The notes beneath the pieces were generated by a model. That model had not been told where the DNA came from, did not search any database, and was given only the letters and a program-made list of their open reading frames with translations. Positions 9,153 to 15,978 of a stretch of 46,613 nucleotides of DNA are shown piece by piece. Source of the DNA: Minisyncoccota bacterium (GTDB lineage: Bacteria; Patescibacteriota; Minisyncoccia; Phycocordibacterales; UBA918); the NCBI GenBank assembly GCA_043750495.1, contig JAYVBM010000014.1, positions 1 through 46,613 on the forward strand, in the 5' to 3' direction. The position numbers and the translations under genes are program-made. How positions within the stretch are numbered: the first letter of the stretch is position 1; every line of letters begins with the position of its first letter.

Positions 9153-9281
9153 TGCAAGCCCTGCTTGCCACACATAATGTCCGACCGAAGAGGGAATGTA
9201 TCGAAGATACACCCACGACTTCTACTTCGTTACCAAAGCCCGAAAAATATACCATCATTTAGTAAAAAATGCGAGCAAAGA

Positions 9282-9593
9282 TTACTGCCATTTAGCCACA
9301 ATCAAGTCGATCTCTTGTGCCATCGCAATATCATAACTAGTCACTTTATCACCAGCGCTGTGAGTACAAAGTGAAAAAGCCAACTGATCATAAGTATTAG
9401 TCAGTCTAGGGTGATGATTCATACTTGCTGCCACTTTGAAAGTCTCGTTCATGACAGCCACGGCTGTTGCAAAATCGGCTAACTTAAAAGACGACTTTAG
9501 ATGATTTTCTTCAAGTTGCCATTCTTGATGAGCCGTCAAAAAGTCCTGCGTCTCTTCTGCTGTAGATACTTTATATCCGTTGTCTTTTCCCAT
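9282..9593 (-). CDS. pterin-4a-carbinolamine dehydratase (PCD/DCoH family)
   Basis: FKLADFATAVAVMNETFKVAASMNHHPRLTNTYDQLAFSLCTHSAG, typical of the PCD family. Confidence 0.8.
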   Translation of the reverse strand: MGKDNGYKVSTAEETQDFLTAHQEWQLEENHLKSSFKLADFATAVAVMNETFKVAASMNHHPRLTNTYDQLAFSLCTHSAGDKVTSYDIAMAQEIDLIVAKWQ

Positions 9594-9663
9594 GTCTCAA
9601 TCATATCACAAAGTTGCGACAATATGTTTCACGTGGCACGTATTAAGCATGTTTCATATGGAA

Positions 9664-10113
9664 CTAGCTGATAATAATGTTTGGAATATACTTTACTGTA
9701 GCATATTTCTCACGTGGCACAATTCTGACCGCTATTACATCGATTTGCCAATCATCCTTGCAATTATGTTCCAAAAGCCAGCTTTCAAGGGTACGATTTA
9801 GTTTTAATATCTTGCTGGAGTGAACATTTTCTTCTGGTCGCCAAGTTCCATATGAAACGGCTTTCTCTAGATCAGTCTTAGTTTCATATGAAACTGTTTT
9901 TACCTCAACAAAGTGAATAATGACCTTATTTATAATAGTTTCACGTGACACTACATCAATTTCACCCCATTTTTTAAGGTAATTTTTGTCCAGGATGGTG
10001 TGGCCTAGCTTTTTCAGGTAATTGGCCGCGATTTCCTCACCATATCCACCAACTCTATTCTTAGCTCCTTTTTTATTAGCCTGTTTCATATGGCACGCTT
10101 CTGCGTGTTTCAT
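9664..10113 (-). CDS. yraN: YraN-family (UPF0102) endonuclease-like protein
   Basis: GEEIAANYLKKLGHTILDKNY..GEIDVV...VEVK signature. A second possible start is at 10089. Confidence 0.75.
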   Translation of the reverse strand: MKHAEACHMKQANKKGAKNRVGGYGEEIAANYLKKLGHTILDKNYLKKWGEIDVVSRETIINKVIIHFVEVKTVSYETKTDLEKAVSYGTWRPEENVHSSKILKLNRTLESWLLEHNCKDDWQIDVIAVRIVPREKYATVKYIPNIIIS

Positions 10114-10170
10114 GTGAAATTATAACAGTTAAGTTAGCCTTGCTGATTAAACCTTATAAACATGTCTATT

Positions 10171-10238
10171 ATAAAGGACATCAAGACTGAATGTCGCAAA
10201 ATTTGTCCTTTATCCACCTATCCACTCGGTTATCCCCA
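10171..10238 (+). promoter_or_regulatory. motif cluster: 10-bp inverted repeat ATAAAGGACA/TGTCCTTTAT followed by three DnaA-box-like 9-mers
   Basis: ATAAAGGACA 10171-10180; TGTCCTTTAT 10204-10213; TTATCCACC 10210-10218; CTATCCACT 10218-10226; TTATCCCCA 10230-10238. Confidence 0.5.
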
Positions 10239-10240
10239 AT

Positions 10241-10280
10241 TATAACAAGGCCCGCACATTTCCGTGCGGGCCTTGTTATA
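10241..10280 (-). terminator. perfect 17-bp hairpin after the 10289-10630 gene
   Basis: tataacaaggcccgcac-atttcc-gtgcgggccttgttata. Confidence 0.65.
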
Positions 10281-10288
10281 CTACAAAA

Positions 10289-10630
10289 TTAGTGGAGTAG
10301 TGCCACGTAAAACGTTGGGGGGAGTGGGTCAGCGAGCCAGTATTTCTCGGCTACGAGACGACTGGGACCTTCTCTGCGAAGTGCCATTACGTATTTATTT
10401 CCATTTTCGTGCTCAAGTACCTTGCCACAAAAAAGAAGTGCCACGCATTCCCCGTTGTCTGGTGGATCTGTGAGGATGGCTGGAGCTTTTTCGGGTCTGA
10501 CCAGCAAGCTGTTCATTTTTCGGTGACCGGCATGCCGTTTCGAAGCTGCTTTTCTAAGCATCTGCTCTACAGTTATTTGGGCGAACCTTTGAGGTTCGTC
10601 CTGATAAAGAACGATTTCCGTGGTGTTCAT
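10289..10630 (-). CDS. hypothetical protein
   Basis: 113-aa ORF followed by a strong hairpin. No recognisable motif. Confidence 0.4.
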   Translation of the reverse strand: MNTTEIVLYQDEPQRFAQITVEQMLRKAASKRHAGHRKMNSLLVRPEKAPAILTDPPDNGECVALLFCGKVLEHENGNKYVMALRREGPSRLVAEKYWLADPLPPTFYVALLH

Positions 10631-10979
10631 GTTAAAAACTCCTGAAAATGTATGATTTTGAGCGCTGAGACTCTCTGTTTCTGTATACGTTTGAAGTGAT
10701 ATTTTCTTACAAGGATGAGTAATTTGCCCGTTTCATGTGAAAGGGGAGTAGAAGCAAAGAGTCTGTCTGTCGCAGGTTAGGAAGTGTCCTCACTAGCTAC
10801 GATAGTTGCGAGCACTAAGTACCGATAACCTTACTGTTCAGTACACCTTTTGGACAGATTATTTCGTAAACTCACAATGTGACTCAAAAGCGCTTTCGAT
10901 TATCTCCGTACAGTTCACAGGCAATGTCCTCTGGCCGCAAGAACAAAAAAACACGCTTTCGCGTGGTTTTTTGTACTCG

Positions 10980-11050
10980 TGCGGCCAGGGGTAATCGAAA
11001 CCCCGACTGATCCTTGGCAAGGACCCGTTATACCACTTAACCATGGCCGC
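10980..11050 (-). tRNA. tRNA-Gly (anticodon GCC), no encoded CCA
   Basis: Minus strand GCGGCCATGGTTAAGTGGTATAACGGGTCCTTGCCAAGGATCAGTCGGGGTTTCGATTACCCCTGGCCGCA forms a clean cloverleaf with anticodon loop TTGCCAA. Confidence 0.92.
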
Positions 11051-11052
11051 AT

Positions 11053-11724
11053 TTATTGAACTGTCAGCTCTTTCTGCATCAGCTCAATCCAACGGATAAG
11101 CTTGTGCTTCAAAACTGTGCTGCCGATTATAGTATTTCCTACGCCATGATGCAATGTCTTATGTTTGGGTTTGCCTTTTATGATTTGATTCTTGTAAAAC
11201 TGAGCGTAGGGCAGGGTAGTGGACTTATGCCACTTTTTCATACAAGCCTCCTCGTTATGGTCAGTATAGAGAAACAGCCAAAATTTGATTTTATTCTTAG
11301 GCACCCCCAGATACTCCACTGCAAAGGAAATAAACGTCCTCTGGGCCGGTAGGCGGGCTGTAGTGAGACGTATAATGCGCTGGTCTGCCATATCGCCAAG
11401 CGAAGCATAAGTTATCAGTCCAGCAATAAACCGTGGGTTCGTTTTGTAGTGCTTGAACTCCACTTCAGCCGATCGTTTGATTTCTTGATACCGATGCGCC
11501 CGTTCTTTAGTCCGGGTTTTACTCATGAGCTTCAATCGCTTAGCGTTTTCTTGTCCAGCCCGGCGTTTGTTCTGTTTGGTAATTTCTGCCGAAATAGCAT
11601 TATTTTTCAACCACTTTGATACGGTGGACTTCGATACTTCGCATATCTTTGCTATCTCTTCCAGGGTAAAGCCGCGCGTGCGAAACTGCAACGCTTGCTT
11701 AAATTTCTCTTCATTTCGAACCAT
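11053..11724 (-). CDS. HTH-domain protein of unknown function
   Basis: N-terminal HTH (FTLEEIAKICEVSKSTVSKWLKN), then a basic helical region and an uncharacterised C-terminal domain. The stop is 2 nt from tRNA-Gly. Confidence 0.55.
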   Translation of the reverse strand: MVRNEEKFKQALQFRTRGFTLEEIAKICEVSKSTVSKWLKNNAISAEITKQNKRRAGQENAKRLKLMSKTRTKERAHRYQEIKRSAEVEFKHYKTNPRFIAGLITYASLGDMADQRIIRLTTARLPAQRTFISFAVEYLGVPKNKIKFWLFLYTDHNEEACMKKWHKSTTLPYAQFYKNQIIKGKPKHKTLHHGVGNTIIGSTVLKHKLIRWIELMQKELTVQ

Positions 11725-11837
11725 ATTATTTGTATATCATATACTACTTGTACATGTTTCTTTTTTGTTTTCAACAGCTACTTGGCGTGGACAAACAATA
11801 GTGGTACTTTTTAGTTAGTAGTTCTTTGGAGGAAACT

Positions 11838-12362
11838 ATGACTAATGAAGCAGACCTTATGGTTGCTGAACTTCGGGAGTTCGCCGGCTTCAGACCCAGT
11901 GAACAACGTTATATAAAGCGGTCTCTCGATATTGGGCTCAAACGAAAAGAGCCCTTAGCAACCTGGGCTCGAGGTAGGAGAGACGAGGAATACTCGATCA
12001 AAGCGCAAGTTCGAGTTTATGAAGGTCTCAAGTCAATTCGGACGCTCATGCTTGAACCTTTTGATACTGGTCAGCTAGTTCCTAAATTTTCGGACAAGCT
12101 GAAATACCTAACGGCGTTTGATTTGGGTCAGGGAGGTCTATATTCTTTTAGTGCCTACAGATTTCTTTACGAACGACTCCTGGGATCTAAAATCAGACCT
12201 TGGCTGCCGAGCTCTTTTTGTGGAGCCGCCGCACTGCCGCACCTATTACCTGAACGTCGGAAGAATCTACTTCAGTCGATAAGTGAGGCCGCTGCGACAG
12301 CACCCGGCTGGTCACCAAGACAACCTTTCTTCTTCCCAGAGTGGGTTGAAAAAGAAAAATGA
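11838..12362 (+). CDS. hypothetical protein
   Basis: ORF with GGAGG 5 nt upstream of ATG 11838. No recognisable motif. Confidence 0.4.
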   Translation: MTNEADLMVAELREFAGFRPSEQRYIKRSLDIGLKRKEPLATWARGRRDEEYSIKAQVRVYEGLKSIRTLMLEPFDTGQLVPKFSDKLKYLTAFDLGQGGLYSFSAYRFLYERLLGSKIRPWLPSSFCGAAALPHLLPERRKNLLQSISEAAATAPGWSPRQPFFFPEWVEKEK

Positions 12363-12364
12363 AC

Positions 12365-12393
12365 AAAGCCCCTCCAATCGGAGGGGCTTTTTT
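12365..12393. terminator. bidirectional hairpin terminator
   Basis: aaagcccctcc-aatc-ggaggggctttttt. Confidence 0.8.
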
Positions 12394-12404
12394 GTAAGAT
12401 ATTG

Positions 12405-12689
12405 TTATGAGTCGCCTTCGATTTCCTCTGCAATAATTCCAATCCATCCTTGAGGACCAACTATCGCCAGGTGAGGCTGACCAACTGGTACATCAAAACG
12501 TTCTCCAGCTTTTACCTCACGCTTCTCGCCTCCAAAATCAAAAGTAATCGAGCCGTCAGTAACAAAGAGTGAAGCCTTGCCTTTATGGGTATGTTCGGGG
12601 TAACTAGTGCCAGCAGGATCCTGCCATTCATACACACTCGCAAAGTTTTCCTCTTCAAACTTCTTAAGCCACCGTTCTGAGAGTTCCAT
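12405..12689 (-). CDS. cupin-domain protein
   Basis: Cupin motifs PEHTHKGKASLFVTDG and GERFDVPVGQPH. Confidence 0.75.
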   Translation of the reverse strand: MELSERWLKKFEEENFASVYEWQDPAGTSYPEHTHKGKASLFVTDGSITFDFGGEKREVKAGERFDVPVGQPHLAIVGPQGWIGIIAEEIEGDS

Positions 12690-12704
12690 ATAAAAAGTAT
12701 ACTG

Positions 12705-13454
12705 CTAGCCGCACATCTCCCACAAGGCGTCGAAGAAGTTTTGATAGCCGGCGGCGGTTTCTTGGCTGTATAGGTAGTAGGCGAGGACGGGGTTGGCGAA
12801 CGAGTTTATCGATACACTATTCGGGCGGATGAGGGTGTTGGTGTTGTTTTTGGTGTATCCTTTAATACTTCGGATGGAAAAGTCAGGGCGATGAGCGACT
12901 TCCTTGGGCAAGATGTCTTTGTTTGGTTCGGTACTAAGATATTGAATGTTAATTTGTTTCTTTTTTCGCATTTCATCGTACAACCCCAGCTCATGACCCA
13001 TGAGTTCCATAAAAATGTCACCGCTTCCACCGAGGATGCGCCACGTTTCTCCTTCGCTCGCTCGTTCAAGTTCGACAAATTCATTTGCAACAAACGCTTC
13101 CTGGCCCTGAAACACACAGAAGTCTTGTGTGTGTTCCTTGCCAGTGAGTGCAAGTAATTCTTGCTCAACGTCTTTGGCGACTTCATGTGTGCGCTTCACG
13201 AGGGCAGTGAGTCCCGATGGGGGATTGGCAGCAAATTTCTTGCGACCGCGCACGGTCGCAACGCGCACTAAACCACTAGCTTCAAGGCTCGCGAGTGCGT
13301 CGTAGACAAACTGGCCATGCAAACCTGTCTTTGTGATCACCTTGCCACTCCCAACCATGTCGCCAAGCTCCAAGAGCGCCACATACACAAACGCTTCTTT
13401 ACTAGTGAGGCCAGTCTGTTCCAATTTTTTATAAAGTGAGTTATTTATTTTCAT
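12705..13454 (-). CDS. TrmB-family transcriptional regulator (paralogue of 5988-6728)
   Basis: LTSKEAFVYVALLELGDMVGSGKVITKTGLHGQFVYDALASLEASGLV. I prefer the ATG at 13454 over the upstream TTG at 13496. Confidence 0.65.
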   Translation of the reverse strand: MKINNSLYKKLEQTGLTSKEAFVYVALLELGDMVGSGKVITKTGLHGQFVYDALASLEASGLVRVATVRGRKKFAANPPSGLTALVKRTHEVAKDVEQELLALTGKEHTQDFCVFQGQEAFVANEFVELERASEGETWRILGGSGDIFMELMGHELGLYDEMRKKKQINIQYLSTEPNKDILPKEVAHRPDFSIRSIKGYTKNNTNTLIRPNSVSINSFANPVLAYYLYSQETAAGYQNFFDALWEMCG

Positions 13455-13593
13455 CAAACTTTTTTGATATTTGTATAATTTATTATTACAAATCAATACT
13501 AAACTGTCAACTTTTTATCATCATAATTAATTGATATATAGTAACTTCTATGGTATAGTCTTATTAGTTTGAACATTACGGGAGTACATTGAA

Positions 13594-13989
13594 ATGGAAC
13601 AGCTTATTCTTACCCTAGGAGTGGCCGGCATGGACGTCCTGCACAGTTTTCTATTTGGAATATCGTGCGCAGCCATGATGTGGGGTGTCAGCTGCACATA
13701 TACGCGTCTCGGTTTTGAAGTTGCATTAATTTCTACGTTGGTTGGAGTTGTACTATGCGTATCAATTTTGGCAGTATTGGAAATAGAAGCAAACAACGCA
13801 AGTACCAACCTGAGTAACCGGGTAACACCGGCTGTTAACCACGAGACTGTAGAGAAGTTGACTGCAGTTGGTACGTGCCGTTACACGCGCGACACAACAC
13901 TGTGGATTATAGACGGAGTGATTGTGCGCAAGCTCGTTGTTGACGGTACGTATACTTGCGTCCCTGATAATAAGGAGCTAGCGATATGA
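13594..13989 (+). CDS. hypothetical membrane protein
   Basis: 131 aa with 2-3 N-terminal TM helices. GGGAG lies upstream and TGGTATAGT further upstream. Confidence 0.4.
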   Translation: MEQLILTLGVAGMDVLHSFLFGISCAAMMWGVSCTYTRLGFEVALISTLVGVVLCVSILAVLEIEANNASTNLSNRVTPAVNHETVEKLTAVGTCRYTRDTTLWIIDGVIVRKLVVDGTYTCVPDNKELAI

Positions 13990-14183
13990 TGTTTGATCGA
14001 AGGGAATTAGTGCTGCTGGTATCGGCGTTGCTAACCATCATTTTGTGTCTCAGTCCGCGATTCCGTCGCTCAATGATAGAAAAAGTTCCGCTACTGCGGC
14101 TGACGACCGCGGCGATACTCATCTACACCGCAGCGGGCGTTGTCGTTCAACTCTTGTTTCCACAGGAGATTACGTTATGGTAA
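13986..14183 (+). CDS. hypothetical small membrane protein
   Basis: 65 aa with two hydrophobic helices. ATGA start/stop overlap with the preceding ORF. Confidence 0.35.
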   Translation: MMFDRRELVLLVSALLTIILCLSPRFRRSMIEKVPLLRLTTAAILIYTAAGVVVQLLFPQEITLW

Positions 14184-14971
14184 GCAAGCCCACACTAACC
14201 ATTTCCGCTCGGGACATTATCCAGAAGACCTGGATTCCTGAAGGGTCGGTTGAGTACAACATTTTTAAGCTCAAGACACTTGAAAATGATGACTTGGTGC
14301 GAATCATCAAGAAGCATTTGTCCATCGGTCCAAACGACTACGTGCTTGATGTCGGGGGACGTGACGGTAATGTGGCGTTTCGGGTACAAAATGCCGACCA
14401 CGTTGATATCGTCGACCCCGACCCGTTTATCGAGCCGCTTCAAAAGCCCGACAACTTCTGGCGCGATAAGGTGCAGCATGTGCAGTTTCCTTCCGACCGG
14501 AAGTACAAGCTTATTATCTGCTGTCACGTCATGGGGTACTTGGGTTTGCAGCGGACACAGAAGGAGGTAGCCGAGAAACTGGTTGATTTACTCGAGAAAG
14601 ATGGCGTCTTGTTGCTCTTTTACAACACCAACCATGGCTACATGGCGGAGTTGCTGGAATATTCAAGACACATTCAATTCGGCCACTACGACTACTTCGA
14701 TGTTGATATCCTGGAGGAATACAAAACCCCAGACTACGCCATCAAACAGCTCGACCGCTCGTACACGCTCGACTACGGAGACTTTATGGCGCTGGCGCGT
14801 ATGTGCTGGTTCCTCTTTGGGGCGATGGAGATTGATGTCGACAAGGTAGCGGAGAAGTTCCTACCAAAGTTGACTTACGATCTCCTCGAACCAACCTTCG
14901 AAATCGACGAGCGAATGACACTGATTATCAAGCGTCAAAGCGAAATCTTGTTCCCGACGTTAACAAGGTAA
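14177..14971 (+). CDS. class I SAM-dependent methyltransferase
   Basis: Motif I VLDVGGRDGNVAF. AGGAG lies 8 nt before ATG 14177. Overlaps the preceding ORF by 7 nt. Confidence 0.7.
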   Translation: MVSKPTLTISARDIIQKTWIPEGSVEYNIFKLKTLENDDLVRIIKKHLSIGPNDYVLDVGGRDGNVAFRVQNADHVDIVDPDPFIEPLQKPDNFWRDKVQHVQFPSDRKYKLIICCHVMGYLGLQRTQKEVAEKLVDLLEKDGVLLLFYNTNHGYMAELLEYSRHIQFGHYDYFDVDILEEYKTPDYAIKQLDRSYTLDYGDFMALARMCWFLFGAMEIDVDKVAEKFLPKLTYDLLEPTFEIDERMTLIIKRQSEILFPTLTR

Positions 14972-14978
14972 AGCTCAA

Positions 14979-15014
14979 GGGCCGGTTTGTGTAAGCAAAC
15001 CGGCCCTTTCTTTG
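14979..15014 (+). terminator. rho-independent terminator
   Basis: gggccggtttg-tgtaag-caaaccggccc then tttctttg. Confidence 0.8.
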
Positions 15015-15166
15015 TGGTCACGAATCACTAAGTATATTTGTTCGTCTTCGACTCCAAATCTACTAAGTGTTCTCGACCCCGGCTCGACTGTTTTTCTCCC
15101 TAGGAAGGGGAGAAAAGCATGGCTGCGCCTTGCACAGAGACATAAAAGCAACGCAGGTTGCTTTCT

Positions 15167-15203
15167 AAAAGAAATGACTGCCTTAAAGCCAGTCATTTCT
15201 TTT
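15167..15203 (-). terminator. hairpin terminator downstream of tRNA-Arg
   Basis: aaaagaaatgactg...cagtcatttctttt. Confidence 0.65.
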
Positions 15204-15210
15204 ACCTCTG

Positions 15211-15282
15211 TGCACCCACCAGGACTCGAACCTAGGACGACTGTTCCGAAGACAGTAATGATATCCACTTCACCATGGGTGC
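15211..15282 (-). tRNA. tRNA-Arg (anticodon UCG), no encoded CCA
   Basis: Minus strand GCACCCATGGTGAAGTGGATATCATTACTGTCTTCGGAACAGTCGTCCTAGGTTCGAGTCCTGGTGGGTGCA forms a cloverleaf with anticodon loop CTTCGGA. Confidence 0.9.
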
Positions 15283-15325
15283 ATTGTGTGTGCCGAAGTG
15301 TACTACTGATTCTTATAAGATTCAA

Positions 15326-15613
15326 CTAAAACTGATTGGGCCAAAGGCGGGCTTGGTGGCGCACGGCCAGTACTTGAATCTCATTGTTTGAAATACGATA
15401 TACTACAACATACTGTGAACGAGGTACGATAAGTTCTCTTGTTCCATCAACACGGCCGGTGCGACCACTTAACGGGGCAGTCTGTAGTTGCTTAGTAGTG
15501 AAGTGAGCAATGTCTTTAACGACACTTGGGCCGGCGGGTGACTGTTGCTCTAGTAGATAGTGAAGAATGCCTTCGAAGTCTTTCTGGGCTTGTGTTTGCC
15601 AACGAATTATCAT
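15326..15613 (-). CDS. ParE/RelE-family type II toxin
   Basis: 95 aa, ...GRVDGTRELIVPRSQYVVVYRISNNEIQVLAVRHQAR, typical of ParE/RelE. Lies 11 nt downstream of an RHH gene. Confidence 0.8.
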   Translation of the reverse strand: MIIRWQTQAQKDFEGILHYLLEQQSPAGPSVVKDIAHFTTKQLQTAPLSGRTGRVDGTRELIVPRSQYVVVYRISNNEIQVLAVRHQARLWPNQF

Positions 15614-15624
15614 AAAGCTGGCTA

Positions 15625-15906
15625 CTAAGTAACTTTGGGCGAAGGTAATGGACTTTCAGTACCAAGGGAATTAGCCCAGGCCATCATATCTTCGTGAGAA
15701 ATAAGTTCGCCACGGTCGGCGGAAGCGATCGCCACTCTCACCATTTCGTCTTGCCGTTCAAGCATATGGAGATAATCAGCAACAACCTCCTGCACCAAAA
15801 ATGCCTTGGAACGCTTTGTACGTTTAGCCTCCTGCTCCAACTTTTCTTTTGTTTGTCTGTCGACGCGAAAGGTAAGTGTGGTTGTATTTGTGTCTGATTG
15901 TGACAT
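15625..15906 (-). CDS. ribbon-helix-helix (CopG/ParD-like) antitoxin
   Basis: TLTFRVDRQTKEKLEQEAKRTKRSKAFLVQEVV is an RHH motif. Start taken at ATG 15906, because the longer ORF to 16170 overlaps the cca promoter and start. Confidence 0.75.
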   Translation of the reverse strand: MSQSDTNTTTLTFRVDRQTKEKLEQEAKRTKRSKAFLVQEVVADYLHMLERQDEMVRVAIASADRGELISHEDMMAWANSLGTESPLPSPKVT

Positions 15907-15912
15907 ATGTAT

Positions 15913-15929
15913 ACAATGTAACACAATGT
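15913..15929 (-). promoter_or_regulatory. candidate RHH operator: two direct ACATTGT repeats spaced 10 bp apart
   Basis: The minus strand reads cACATTGTgttACATTGTatacatATG immediately upstream of the antitoxin start. Confidence 0.4.
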
Positions 15930-15978
15930 GCACAAATTTGGCAAGGAAGAAAAAGGGGTGAGTTTCTGCTAGAATATA

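Noticed and set aside
8838-9258. ORFs 8838-9086 (+) and 8890-9258 (-)
   Set aside because: They overlap tRNA-Pro and the 23-bp perfect palindrome, and they have no RBS or recognisable motif. They are spurious.
10918-10940. GCGGCCAGAGGACATTGCC (minus strand), which resembles the 5' part of the adjacent tRNA-Gly and might be an att-type partial duplication
   Set aside because: Only the 7-nt acceptor strand and a few scattered bases match. Integrative elements duplicate the tRNA 3' end, not the 5' end. This is most likely chance.
14975-15329. ORFs 14975-15325 (-) and 15012-15329 (+)
   Set aside because: They run across two terminator hairpins and the tRNA-Arg gene. They are spurious.
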